Positions 35,931-49,934 of a stretch of DNA of 64,000 nucleotides are shown here, piece after piece. The translations under genes were made by a program, and so were the position numbers. The stretch lies in the NCBI RefSeq assembly GCF_006345805.1, contig NC_043001.1, positions 40,176,001 to 40,240,000 of the forward strand, in the 5' to 3' direction. Within the stretch, counting starts at the first letter, position 1, and each line of letters begins with the position of its first letter. The stretch comes from Octopus sinensis (lineage: Eukaryota). The notes under the pieces are model-generated. The model was not told the origin of the DNA. It worked only from the letters and a program-made list of their open reading frames with translations, and made no database searches.

Positions 35931-36679
35931 GGTAGGTCACATTCGTTGTTTCTGAGTTAACACACTGGGAAGAAATCTAATCTGTCTTGTCACAGCTGTA
36001 CTGTAAAAAGGGTCTACTTGAATTTCTCTCTATTCTTTTTCTTTTTGTCCTCATTTTTTTTTACCTTATTGCAAATTTATTTATAACATTGTCTAGTCGA
36101 CGAATAGGCTGTTATTGAAGTTTGATTTATGACTACTCTTGAGACACAGTATAACGTTTATTTCTACGTAATTTATGTGATAAATTATTTATCCTAACCA
36201 ATGAATAATCACGATTTGAGACTATCGGTAATTCATAGTTTCATCAAGAAACCCATCACGCTTCTGTTACAAATTCCATTAAATTCTTTCTGTTACTAAA
36301 TCACGAAATATGCTGCTGAGTCATCTGAATTTATTATAATCAAGGGACATAATCCTTAACATTGGTCGCAACCAAGGGTCATATTAGCTTGAACAACAGA
36401 TTAAGAGGAGATAACCCAGACTGTACTCAATCCAGTTTATTGCAATCAACATATCAGAGACACCAGGACACGCATATAAGCATTCAGTGAAAAACGGTGC
36501 TGTAACAAGTTTTACTTCTGATCAATAAAATATTTCCCTGAATCATAATAAGTAGGATTATCTCTGAAAGTGAAATACTATCTATAAAAAGAATATAAAC
36601 TTAATAAAGAACACAGAAAGTACATAAAAAAATATTAAAAAGAATTTCAGTAAATGGATTACAGGAATTATATTGGTAT

Positions 36680-36713
<34 letters not shown>

Positions 36714-38090
36714 GTGTGTGTCTGTATGTGTATACATATATATGGAGGAGCTGTGGATATTCATTATTGGCGACATAGTTTTCAATTTCCATAGTTAAAA
36801 AGCAAGAACAATTAAAACTCACTAACACAAGAATGCCATTTTTAAACATTGGATATGCATCAGCTATCTACTCTTCCTCCCCACTCGCCTCCCCCCCTCT
36901 CTCTCTCATTTAATATGTATAAGAGGTAAGAGGAGCAGTGACTTCAGCTTATTATTCAATGTGTTGTTTAAATTTGATAACAGAAGTGTGTCTGTGTGCA
37001 TGTGTATATGATGATATATGTAAAAAAAAAATAAATAAATATAAATCCACTGTATGCATTGCCCCACTTCCTGGAGCTGAGTAATAATGTGTTTGTGTGT
37101 GTGTGTGTGTGTGTGTGGAGAGAAACAGACAGGCAGTGCGAAAGAGAGACAACTACTTGTGTATCAAATACCATACAACATAAATGTTTGATTTATTAAA
37201 AATTATATCCATTTCTAGAGTATGTGTCACAATAACCAAACAGCAAATAAAACCAGTTTCATATGAAGAAGAGAGATAATATCAAGGATCTAAAAATTCT
37301 CTGAAGTTGAATGTCATTAAGGAAGGGAAAGTCTTGAGATAAGAGGATAGCTGTGAACACATATTTCCACCTCAATAAGCACCATCAACACAATAATTGC
37401 CTCCCTTATACCTAGTAATCAAGGAACTTAGACATACAAAATAAAAGGGTAGAACATATTAATGGCCCAGCTACTTTACATATTTTAAACAAAAACAAGC
37501 TAAGCAAAATAATTCTGAAGGGCCAATGGCACATAATTGAACAATGTAGACAAATACAGGTATATCAATTATAATACAACATAAATTCTTGATTTATTAA
37601 AATTATCATCACCTCAAGAGGAGGTTGTAATTATCAAATAGTAACTCAGACAAGTTCCTTAGAACAAGAGGAGATAATCTTAAAACTCAAATGCATGCCA
37701 CTGGACACTCTGAGTTATTTCTCATCGTTTGTGGTTGTTTAAATTATGCAAATTACTGAAACCATAAATGTTTTCTATTCTTTCTCTATATATATATTAG
37801 TCCTTTGACTACTGGAAATAAGGTGGTTCAATTGAATTCATGTTGCCTATTGAGGTAGAAACAAATGTCCACAATTGTTCACTCAGCTCTACACAATGAG
37901 CTCATTTTTTTACTTTTACTGCATGTCAACTTTGGAGAACTTTTGACTCCTTAATGTCAATTTCAGAGAATTGACTCTTAAGATTATCTCCCCTTATCAT
38001 ATGAATATGGCCAATTTGAATATAAAACAGGTATAATATTGGAATAAATATATTTTTTATGTGTGTGTATGTATGTATATATATATACAT

Positions 38091-38126
<36 letters not shown>

Positions 38127-38259
38127 CCACAGAGCAAATTGTGGGGAGTATAGCATCACATGATGTGGAAGACAACTGGAGGTTTCAATGGGACAACCTG
38201 CTGAGGGCCACTGACCAGATTTGTGGATGATGCAAAGTCCCCTCTCAACCCAAGGTAAT

Positions 38260-39437
38260 GTGGTAGTAGAACAATGTTGTTGACGGGGCCATTAGAGAAA
38301 AGAAACAAGCTTGGAAGGACTGGAAGAATGGTGGTAGCAGACTGCCAGAAGGAAAGCTAGGAGACAGGTTTATTTAGCAAGAGGGGAAGTGGACAAGAAA
38401 AAATTTGCCAATGTTCTGCGCCATAAGGACTTGAGGTATTTCATGTTGCAAGACAGTGTGTGAGAGAGAATTGTGATGTTGTAGGAGAGAAATGTGTACG
38501 CATGGATGATGGTTAGCTTGCATTAAACGAGGCTGCAAAGAGAGAGGTTTAGAGACGCCACTATAAAAGGTTGCTAAATAAAGTGAATGAATGGAAGAGT
38601 CTGCCGAATGCCTCCAACAGAGGGACCAGCTATCCAAATTGACAGTACCTTGGTAGATAAAGCAATTAAGGGTATGAAGACATGGAAAGCCCCTGGCCCA
38701 TCAGAAATCACCAGAGATGCTCAAAAGTATCTGGCGGTGTCGGCTATAGCCTAGTCACCTGTATAGTCAACCAGGTGATACTTGAAGGAGTCATACCCAG
38801 TGACTGGTGTAGCAGCACCATAGTCAACTGCTACAAAGGTAAAGGTGAAGAATGACCTTCGAACATTGGGCCTCACCGAGGCAATGACTTGTGACCAAGA
38901 CCTTTGGAGATATGCTGTGCTTGAGAAGACCCGACAAACCAAGTGAGTCCATAACCTGTGGCCTATGCCAGTGGTGTATAGCCAGTCCACTTATGAATGC
39001 TCTTCATTCATTGGACAATAAACTTTGCTTGCGAAGACCTGTTGAGGCAAGTGAAATCAAAATCGCTGACATGGCCGATGACAGTACCACCTGATTGGCA
39101 CTTGTGCTAGTGGAACATTAAAAGCACCATCCGAGCGTGATCGATGCCAGGGCCGCCAACTGACTCCCATGCCGGTGGCATGTAAAAAGCACCATTCAAG
39201 CATGATCGTTACCAGCATCAGCTTATTATCACATGTGCCGGTGACATGTGAAAAGCAACACTCGAGCGTTGTCATAGCCTGTGCTGCCAGACTGGCTCCC
39301 ATGCAGGTGGTATGTAAAAAACATCTTTTGAGCATGGTCGCTGCCAGTATCACCTGATTGGCCCTTGTGCCGGTGGCATGTAAAAGCACCCACTACATTC
39401 TCAGAGTGATTGGTGTTAGGAAGGGCATCCAGCTTGT
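38260..39437 (+). mobile_element. Internally deleted RTE LINE with repeat-bearing 3' UTR
   Basis: Pre-RT coding relic (...STIVNCYKGKG) jumps at ~38845 to the ORF end (NDLRTLGLTEAMT), followed by gtgccggtggca repeats and the ggaagggcatccagc motif. Confidence 0.85.
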
Positions 39438-40059
39438 AGAAACTCTGCCAGATCAGATGAGGAGGTGAAAGATATAGAAGTGTCTCAGGGAGAAGAAGAT
39501 GATAAATGGCAGTTCAGGAAGGATAGAAGGCAGCAGTATAATAGGCTTGTAGATAGATCAGAAAATTAGGGTACAGGGACAGAGATAGAGGTATGTAGAG
39601 GTGGCTATAGTGAGTGGGGATCTTGACAGCAAGTATGAAAGGGTATTGAAAAGAATAACAAATAAGGGAGGGTTTTCAAAATGAGGTGTGGCAATCCTAA
39701 GATGTAGTTTGGGGAAGAGTGAGAGCTAACTAGAGGACAGAATGGGGTGATTGGTGAATAATAAAGGAGAAGAGAATTATATTGAGAATAAAGTGGGGGT
39801 GCTTTAGAAGAAGGTAGTTCCAGGTAGGTGGGAGTAACTAGTAGCATAAAAAGGAATGAAATATGTGAAGATTCTGCTCTCATATAATTACAGCAGCTTA
39901 ATGATGCTGTAGTTAGAAGAGTAATGGAGAGATGGGTGTTAGGAAGATAAGAAGTAGTGGAAAAGGCTTGATGGAGACAGATTGGAGCTCACTGAGTGTA
40001 TAAAGATAGCTTTCAGGACCTCAATTCTGCTGTAATGGACAGGTCTTCTAGGGCACATT

Positions 40060-41200
40060 GAATCACCAATCATGTGTCCTTTGCCATTTCATCTGTGAGG
40101 CTCAACATCTTGGGTTCAGCTTCCACTAATTCATCTCACATTTTTTTAGGTCTTCCTCTTCCACAAGTACCATCCACATTAAGTGATTGATACTTCTTTA
40201 TATTGCTGTCCTCATCAATATGCATCATATGACCATACCAGTACAATCTTCTTTTTTGCGCATTACATCTGATCCCTCTTATGCTCAATTTTTCTCTCAA
40301 CACATCTGCACTTTGTTGTACAGGTACACTGATGTTGCACATCAAATGGAATTTACTTACTTCATTCATTTTTAATCTTTGCATATCTTTTGCATTCACA
40401 GTCCCTGTCTTTCTATCATGTAGCATCGCAATGCATATACAAGCATCAAACAATCTGCCTTTCCTTCTGAAAGCAATACCTTTTTGCTGCCAACAAAGGT
40501 AATAACTCTCTGGACTTCGTCCCTTTTGTTCTTTTTCTAACACCTATACTTTCAGAACATCCTCCTCCACTGCTAATTAGGTCACCTAAGTAACACTACT
40601 ACCTCTAGGGAACCTCCTGGACATTTGAGAGAATTTATTTCAAATGTATTCTTAGTGAATATTTTTCCTTGCACATCTGCCACATACTTTCTCCCTTAAC
40701 CACCCTATGATTCCACTGCACTTCATGTGTATCGATACATTACTGGTTACTTCCTATGGAAATTCTACTTATAACTTCTCTACGTGTTTATCAGAGTCAT
40801 TTTCCTGAAGGGAGTGGAGTCATGCCTGTTTTCTTTCTTACTAGAAATTTGATTTTTGCTATGTTAAAATCAAGGTTCTTTACTGCCAAGTTTTGCTTCC
40901 ACGCCTGAAACTTCTTTTCCACTGCAGGTTCAGCTAAAAGAATGTAGTCATCAAGAGCAATTAGTCTTAAATTCCTGTTATGGCCTGGAGGACAATGATG
41001 CAAAGGAGGGGACTGAGAATAGAACCCTGGTGAAGTTCTACCTGTATACTAAAGTTATTGCTGTACTCATTACTAACTCACACATTATTGACATCATGCT
41101 TGTACATGGCTTGTGTTGCTCTTGCAAACCATTCATCTTCCCCTAGTTTGTTCAGAGACCACCAGTTCAGAGAGCAATGGATCATGCCAATGACAGCCAC
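40060..41200 (-). mobile_element. Degenerate RTE LINE RT relic
   Basis: ORF 40136-40543 (RLFDACI...RRLYWYGHM...GRGRPKK) and ORF 40797-41003 (ALDDYILLAE...FNIAKIK). Confidence 0.8.
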
Positions 41201-41376
41201 AATTTATTACATTATGATATGCATGCATACACACACACACACGCTCACACACACACTGTAAAATATATACAGAGTGAAAGGACATTTGATAATCAGGATA
41301 TTATTCTCTTCAAACCAATTAAAAGGATTTTATTCCTTTCAGATCTCCCATGACAGACAAAATGCTAACACATTAA

Positions 41377-41900
41377 ATGAAAAGATATGCAGTCATTGTT
41401 GCCATATGTATAGAGCACAACAATTTAGAAATTTCCAACTTTCTATATGTTACAGAATCTTTTGTACACAAATTTCGGATAGAACTGGAAACCTCTGGCA
41501 GGAATGTTTCAACTGTATCAAAAGGTAAAAAAACATCTTAAATATTTGGACACTGTAAGGACACTGCAATTCATCCAATGAGTTCAAAACATTATCACTA
41601 ATGATACTAGAAAATCAATGAGCGTTTTTGCCAAAGAACCTTAGATGTCAGAGTGGACTATCAGAACTATGGTACATAAGGACATTCAATAGAAGTCGTA
41701 TGTCTACAAAGACACAGGAGAAATGTTTGGTCTATACCAAATGATTACTTAACTAGATAAATAAAACTTCATAAGCATAGCACAATTTGGTTCTTATACA
41801 ATGAGAAAAATTGTGACCAAGTCCAAAAGTCTAACAGGGGAAGGGAGATTAATCAGTACTCCCAATACTATAGTTTCATTGAAGGCTGCCATTTTCTTGG
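41377..41900 (+). pseudogene. Tc1/mariner transposase relic (probably DD37D/maT-like)
   Basis: MKRYAVIVA...SFVHKFRIELETSGRNVSTVSKGKKH...RKSMSVFAKE*MSEWTIR and SDEKN motif relic. Confidence 0.7.
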
Positions 41901-42440
41901 TGATGTTCAAAAGGAATAAGGATCATTTAGTGTAGATATGTCTTTTCCTTCTGCAAGCTCCTTCTACTAGGATCCCTTAGCACTCTTTAACTGAACATTC
42001 ATCCTTCATAGCTATTTCATGACTCAACCAATGCAGTGTTCTCTCTGCACACTAGATCTGATTCTGCTGATGATCATTTTTATTCTCTCAGCTCTTTTGG
42101 AATACATTGCTCATGCATGTTAAAATATCTAACAGAGCATATTGAACTCATTTTTTCCACCCTTTACATCAAATTCACTTACTATCTCTTTCTACCATAC
42201 AACCTTGGAATCTGCCTTCATTTTGAGAGAAAAAGTCTTTGCTGAACTTTCACAACCCTTTCTTTGGCTACTATACTTTTACAATATCCACCTCCACTAC
42301 ACATAAAATCACCTAGGTTACAGAAGTTGTCAATAATTTTTTGTAAGTCTTCTAGGTAGTTGTAAGAATCTGTAACATGGATGTTCTTAATGCTTACCAT
42401 ATCTATACATCTAGCTCTGTAGTTTTTTTTTTTAGTCACT
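41900..42440 (-). mobile_element. Degenerate RTE RT relic
   Basis: IIDNFCNLGDFMCSGGGYCKSIVAK matches VVDSFxYLGD...GGGC.ES..AR in the better copy at 57376-57750. Confidence 0.65.
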
Positions 42441-42853
42441 CTGCCTGTGATCCTACTACGGTTTATTTTACACCCATAGTTTACAGTGTATACACAGTAT
42501 TGAATTCTTACTAATTTCTTTTATGTATATTGAACATAGCCATTGTCCAGATGATAGTAGTGTTATGTATTTGTTCCTGCTAACTTTTATATTTGCTAGG
42601 CTTACTTTTGTGAATTCAAGTCTAGGTTTCAGCATTAGGAACCAAGCTCACAGCATACAAGGGATCCTAGGATATTTCATTACAAGAAATCATCTGCTAG
42701 CTCTGCATTCTCAAATATCTCTGGAATTAAAATTCTCTTGAAATACAAATAAGGTTTGGTGATAGGAAGAGTATCCAGTCATAAAAAATCATGCCTCAAG
42801 TACATCTCTGTCTAACTCTTGGTAGCATAGAAAAACAGACATTAAACAAATAA

Positions 42854-42891
<38 letters not shown>

Positions 42892-43324
42892 ACATACAGG
42901 GAGAGACAGGCATAATCATACCAATCACATAAATACACACTAACAAGAAAATTTTAAAACAATCTACTGGACAACTTTCTCTCATTTGTACAAATATTTG
43001 TTGGCTTTTGTCTAACTTTGAATACATCCAACTACCTGTTAACATAGAAGCTATTCCTAAACTTCAGAAATATTCCATATTTCTTACCCAACAATGGAGC
43101 AGAAACTTTAATCCAGCCAATTTCCTAAAGGTGATGCCTGTAGCTATATAGAATTCATTCTCCTCCTCACTCATCTCTCACAAGGACTCCAATAACAAAG
43201 ATGTTCATTTTCCCTATTTCATTTTCACTTCCATGTTCATTTTCTCTTTTCCCCATTCCACTTAATCCATCTACTGTTTCTACAGCTTTTAAAATCTGTT
43301 GTTAGACTGTCTGTTATTTTCATT

Positions 43325-43535
43325 TAGGGTGGCAAGCTGGCAGAGGTGTTAGCACACTGGACGAAATGCTTAACAGTTTTTCACCCGTCACTACATTCTG
43401 AGTTCAAATTCCGCCAAGGTTGACTTTGCCTTTCATCCTTTCAGGGTCAATAAGCTAAGTACCAGTTGTGTACTGGGGCTGAGTTAATCAACTGGCCCAC
43501 TCCCCCAAAATTTCAGACATTGTGCCTATTGTAGA
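43325..43535 (+). mobile_element. tRNA-headed SINE, third family (C)
   Basis: ggcaagctggcagag...gagttcaaattcc (B-box), body gactttgcctttcatcctttcagggtcaataagctaagtaccag. Confidence 0.75.
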
Positions 43536-43548
43536 AAGCATTAAATAC

Positions 43549-43730
43549 ATCATCATCATCATCATCATCATTTAGCATCCGTTTTCCATGCTAGCATGGG
43601 TTGAACGGTTTAACTGGGGTCTGTGAAGCCGGGAGGCTTCATCAGGCCCAGTCAGATTTGGCAGTGTTTCTACGGCTGGATGCCCTTCCTAATGCCAACC
43701 ACTCCGTGAGTGTAGTGGGTGCTTTTTACA
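43549..43730 (-). mobile_element. RTE 3' terminal fragment
   Basis: (ATC)n, then tttagcatccgttttccatgctagcatggg...gctggatgcccttcctaatgcc. Confidence 0.85.
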
Positions 43731-44195
43731 TATTTCAAAATACTTTTCTCTGAAGTCAACATCCTCAGGGACTGCAATACTCACAACTTCTTTTAGCTCT
43801 TGCACTGTCACTGCTGACACAGAGGCTGCATCATTTACCATCCTTAAATATCTGCACCATTTAGTCTACTTATGACTGACATACCAACTTCCCAAACACA
43901 ACATTAAATTTGTTATCACAGTCTCTAACACCTGGATCGTTTGAGCAAGACAGCCTATCCCACATGATTTTTATTGCACAAACTCTTTATCTCCAATACC
44001 TTCTGGTACTTGAATCCCAACTAGTCTTAACTAGCAAAAAATGTGCCTTACTACCAACCTCTATATTATCCTTTCAGATCCCTTACACCACAAAATCCCA
44101 CAAGCCCAAAATCAAACTTGTAAAGTTGCGCAATTACAGCTGTGCAACAAATGTACACATGACATCACAGGATCACAATATTGACCAGACCATGA

Positions 44196-44584
44196 GGCAC
44201 AAGAGTGGCTTTGTGGTAAGTAGTCTGCTTACCAACCACATGGTTCCGGGTTCAGTCCCACTGCATGACACCTTGGGCAAGTGTCTTCTACTATAGCCTT
44301 GAGCCAATCAAAGACTTGTGAGTAGATTTGGTAGACGGAAACTGAAAGAAGCCCATCATATATATGTATATATATATATGTATGTGTGTGTGTATGTTGT
44401 GCATCACTTGACAATCGATGCTGGTTTAGGTCCCTGTAACTTAGCGAATCAGCAAAAGAGACCAATAGAATAAGTACTAGGCTTACAAAGAATAAGTCCT
44501 GGGGTCAATTTAATTTGACTAAAGGCGGTGCTCCAGCATGGCCACAGTCAAATGACTAAGACAAGTAAAGTAAAGTAAAGTAAA
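44196..44584 (+). mobile_element. Full-length SINE family A
   Basis: tRNA-like head, body, central (TA/TG) tract, 3' half, (TAAAG)n tail. Confidence 0.9.
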
Positions 44585-45407
44585 GGTGCCATTACACACC
44601 ACTAGTCACAATGCACTTCCAATTTTGTCTTGAGTGTGCACATGGATCTTCCCATGCCACTTTGTGTTGTAGACCACTGATGTTCTATCCTCTTTCATAG
44701 TAGCCCTCATCTCACTTGCATATATGAGCACAGGTAGGATGGTGCTATTGAAGAGTCTGGCATGTATAGCATTGTCTGGCTTTGTTTGGAGCACATCTTT
44801 GAGATTTCAGCATCCATATCTCAGAGCATATTCACTGTGTGCCCTATGTAGACACACTCCTTTACTTCCTCAATTTCATCACTTCCCACGTCTACTCAGC
44901 CTTGTACTACATCTTCTGACTGCGTATATTTTGTTTTTCATGTGGTTCATTTCAAGACCTACTGCTAAGCTGAGTGTTTAGTTCTGTCAGCATGGTCTGT
45001 GGCTGGTCTGTGATTTCAGCGATGAGTACAGCGACATACAATCCAAAAAATCTGGAAGGGATCAACCACCGGCACAAACCTACCAACATAAGAATGCCCT
45101 TTAGAAAACAATAAAACAGCAGGTGCATTTGTGTACTGCACACACTGCAACCTCACCTAAAATAATAACCGGTACCTTTGTTTTCTTACTAAAGCAATCT
45201 CAACTAATTTTACCAGCCACTTCAGAACAAGATAATTGTTCTGTATGAAGCACTCCTGCTGATAAACCCATCACCTTTGATATCTGTCTTGATTTCAATT
45301 CCATACAGTGCATATATGCAGACACATGTGTGCACCCACCCACACACATACACACACATACACACACATACACACACACACACACACTTATACAGCCATA
45401 CATTTAC

Positions 45408-45438
<31 letters not shown>

Positions 45439-45682
45439 TGCACAAAATCAACAAAATTCATTTCAACTTCTCTTCTCAAAACCCCACCTTATTCACTAAA
45501 CAAACAGAAAATTTGCCAAAGGCAAAAAACTTTTTTCTTCACTGTAATCCATTAACACAACAGGATGTGATGATATTTACTCTAAACTTAAATGGTATGC
45601 ATCCAAGGTAGTTCCTATCTCAACCAAATTTTTGACTCTAAGCAGTAACCTACACCCCAAACTACCAAAGTAGATAACAGTA

Positions 45683-45904
45683 TATGAGGGAGTGCTGAAA
45701 AGTTCCTCGCTTTAAGAGTATCATGAAAGGCCTAGTTGGAGGCTCAACCTTCCAAGTTCTTTTTAGACGGCTTAGAAAAACTAAAGAACAACTGCAATAA
45801 GAGTGTGAATCTGAGGGGGGAATATGTTGAATAAAATCATAATTAACTGATCCTCCTGTATTTTCTTTTACCCAAAGCCAGGAACTTTTCAGCAATTCCT
45901 CATA
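45683..45904. mobile_element. Mariner-derived MITE
   Basis: TIRs tatgagggagtgctgaaaagttcct / aggaacttttcagcaattcctcata with TA ends; ~220 bp, non-coding. Confidence 0.85.
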
Positions 45905-46885
45905 TTCATGTTCAAAAATGGATGTCTTTGATATGCCAACTATTAACCAATCACCTTCGTGTATAAGATCTAAAACAACCATTTCCTTTAACTTGAATTT
46001 TTTTCCTCTCTTCATTGACTACTTACAAAGATTTCTATAAAACCACACCTGCCAGTGATTTGCTTTATTGGATTGTACTAATATTCTTCGATTGTACTAA
46101 TATTCTCTAGCCCCTGAAAACTTTGAATTAATGCTCATATTTTTGACACCACCAAACTCTTCAATCATATCTAACATAACAACAATCTAGCAATGATATC
46201 CACCTGTGGGTACCAATTAAGTTTTAATCTCTTGGATCTAAGTTTCATTTCTGAAAATGCCATTATTTTCTTTCCAAATTTTTCTAATTATTTTTTCAAT
46301 ACTTTATTTCATATAATTCTTTCCTAATGTTATTGTTAGTCTTTTGTTTGAATATATACCCTTACAGACTTTATATATAAAGGCACAAAGTTCCAAACAA
46401 TGTCAGCAGACTACAGGACATGGTATCTCAGCATGACTTCACTTCTTAGTGGTAGATAACACTGGTTTGTTTGAAGTTAGGAATTGTTCCAATATAGAAA
46501 ACAACAAAGCATTTGCTAGTATGTGCTGAAGGTTGTCCAACTGGAATTAATTCAGTATATGCATACAAAACAGTAAGGATCAAAATAATGTGTACACTTA
46601 AATATATATGGGTATTTGGTGGGGAGGGTGTGTGTACTTATAATTTTAGAACCATACTTGCTTGGCAAATGATTTAATCTGAGATCATTTGTTAAAACTA
46701 AAGTAATTACACTGGAAAAAGTCATAGTGGCCATTTACAAAACATACATTCTGTTATATTCATATTTTGTTTATCTCTTTATAGTATTGTATTCATTAAA
46801 GGTATTATTCTACATCTGTGCCCTGCTTAATGATACACTTCCACTACATTATACACTGTTAGAAACTTTTTGATACTTTATAGTT

Positions 46886-48148
46886 CATGACGTCTATCCA
46901 GAAAGAAAGCAAAATTTTTAAAAGGAAAAATATTGATTTACTTACAATTTAATCAGATATTTTACCTTAAAAGTATTTCCTTCCACTATAACAGTGCACC
47001 CAACAGTTTGAAATACATCTTGGAATGCATTGTCAGAGCTAATGTGTAGTTCCCAAAATAAAATTTCTTTAATTTCTTCCAACATCTGAAATCGATAATT
47101 TTTTCAAGTGGAATTCAACTTTGGGAACAAAACCAATGTCTGCAAGAGCCAAATCTGGGTAGCAGCATAGGTAGAAGATGAGAGCTACCTTGTGCTTTAC
47201 CAGAAAGTTATGGAATAGGAATGACACATGGGCACACACATTTGTTGTGGTCCAGCATCCAAGTTCTCTTTGCCCATGTATCAAGCCTCTTCCTTCTTCA
47301 CAATCTCTCTCACAAACATCTCAGAACATCCAAGTAAAACTCAGACCATATGACTAGAATAACTCCTGGTGAATGATATTTTCCAATCAACAGCACCTTC
47401 ACATCTGGTTGACTTCATTTTTTTTTCTATGGATATAATGATCCAGTCCATTATGATGATTGCCCTTTTTTTTTTTTGTTTCAGCATAATAGCCATACAC
47501 CCAAGTTTCATTACCTACTATAACACTTTACAGAAATTTTCCATCAACATTCAAACAATCAAATACTTTTGATTGGCCAAGACTCAGTTCTTTTTTTGTT
47601 TATCAGTCAACATATGGAGTATAGATTTTGAGGCAACCCAATGCATCTTCAGTTTCCTTTCAAAGTGCTGTAGCACAAATTTTCACAGATGCTAACATCT
47701 TTGTAAACTGCACAAGTCAGTCAAGTGACAATTTTCATGGATCACAGCATATATTTTTACAATCATCAGTTACAATGGAATGTTGTCTAGATTTGGAATC
47801 ATCTTCAGTAGATGTTCCTCCAAATTTGAAACACTGGAACTGCTCATAGCATTGTGCACAGTTCAAACAATATCCTCCTGTTGTAGCATTAGAAAAGTTT
47901 CTTTTCTCACAATATTAAATAGAATTTCACAAAAGCATTGCTTTTTCTAAATCCTTAATTGTTCAACTGGCAACAAATTGCCAAGTGATCTCACATATAC
48001 ACACTGAAGCACATGTAAACTGTTGACTAGCTGATGTGATGTAGTTATTATTAGACTGAAGGGCAAGGTCAACCACACACAATACTGCTGCCAGCCCAAA
48101 ATGAAACTGGACTTCAAAAGTTTGTTTTTTATTGGGTACACATTGTAC
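46886..48148 (-). mobile_element. Decayed mariner element
   Basis: Minus frame AHVSFLFHNFLVKHKVALI...YPDLALADIGFVPK is a relic of HPPYSPDLAP.DF.LFPKLK; TIR-like ends near 46886 and 48148. Confidence 0.65.
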
Positions 48149-48268
48149 TAGTCTACCACAAAATAAAATGGAAGTGAATATAATGCTGCAGGTGTATCAA
48201 ATAGCTAACATGACTTTTCCATTATGTAATTAGTACACACATATGCACGTGTGTGTGTGTGTATGCGT

Positions 48269-48334
<66 letters not shown>

Positions 48335-48712
48335 ATGTACATGTATTTGTGTATATATACAATGATGCCAAAATGAGTGATATAGAAAACATTAAATTTT
48401 AGCAAGGCTTAGAAACCACTCTGTTTAAGATCTGTTTTTAATTATAAATCACGGTATATAGCCTTTACTATGAATATATTCAACATTATATAAATAATAA
48501 TTGAATACAAGTTGATTCCTGAGTTTACTAGAAATTATACACTTCAACACTGAATGTGCTTAAAAGCTATAAAAATAGTAGCAGATAATAGTGTGGTGTT
48601 TAATAATATTGTGTTATTCTGATGCTTAATAGCATGTGTGAGTGTGCATGTGTGTATGTATGTGTGCACACATGCATGCATGTGTCTGTCTGTACGTGCA
48701 TGTATATATCAT

Positions 48713-48756
<44 letters not shown>

Positions 48757-49934
48757 GAGAGTGACCGACCAGTTCAAAGAAGCTGTGACTGGTCACTTAA
48801 AATAAAGAACTCAAAACTCAAAGCTAAGCATGAAAAGTGAACATAACTGTTAGTCCAACAAAATATATTGCTTATTGTAATCTACACACACACATACATA
48901 CATACACACACATGCATGTAAATATGTAGTTATGTATGTTTGTGTGTTTGTGTGTTTGTGAATACGTACATACTTGAATTATACAAGTGTTTATCATTAT
49001 AATCTAATGATGTACAGATGTTTCTTTATAGTGACCTTAATTGTCAATCCATCAACTGAAAGTCCTGTGGTAATGGAAGAGTGGCAATAACTTTTGTCTG
49101 TTGCCTGTACTTCAAACCAAGCAAATCTGCAGCTGGACTGAATAGTCATCTGAGAGGTCAAGGACAGAATGTCAGAAATGCTATTGACAAGGAAGCATAA
49201 GGAGATGTGAAGATAGAGCAATCTCCATATATGTATGTATGTAGACATATATGTAGGTACGTATGTATGTATGTTCGTACATATGTAAGTATATAAGTGC
49301 GGGCATGGTTATATGATTAAGAAGTTTGCTTCCAAACTGTACAGCCAATGGTTTCAGGTTCAGTTCCACTGCATAGCACATATATATATATATATATATA
49401 TATCATCCATCATCATCATCATCATCATTTAACATCCATTTTCCATGCTGGCATGAGTTAGATGGGTTGACTGGAGTTGACAAACCAGAAGACTACACCA
49501 AGCTCCGTTGTCTGTTTTGGCAGTTTTACAGCTGGATACCCTTCTAAATGCCAACCACCTTACAGAGTGTAATGGGTGCTTTTTTACGTGGCACCCATAA
49601 CACTTGCAAGATGAAGATCCTTTGAGAGGGAGACAGGGTATTGGAGGAGGTAGTTTTGTGCCAGATGATGAGAAGTACGAGAATGATTGAGGTACAGAAA
49701 CAGGTGTCTTGCTGTAGAGGAGATACATGGTTACCCCAGTCAAAGGGAGAGAACAAGAGAAAGAAAGAAATTGAGCGAGAAAGAGAGAGAGTGAAAGTAA
49801 GAGAGCAAAGGTGGGAGAGAGCAAGAGAGAAGGTGGGAACGTGCCAGGACATACTCTCAAGGTACAGGATGCGAATATAAATGGAATGGTAGAACATTGC
49901 TGAGGGTGCATGAATAGGGAAATATATATTTACA

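Noticed and set aside
41456-41524. Apparent 69-bp exon (AG...GT, IFCTQISDRTGNLWQECFNCIK)
   Set aside because: Another frame is the continuous N-terminus of a Tc1/mariner transposase relic, so the splice signals are coincidental.
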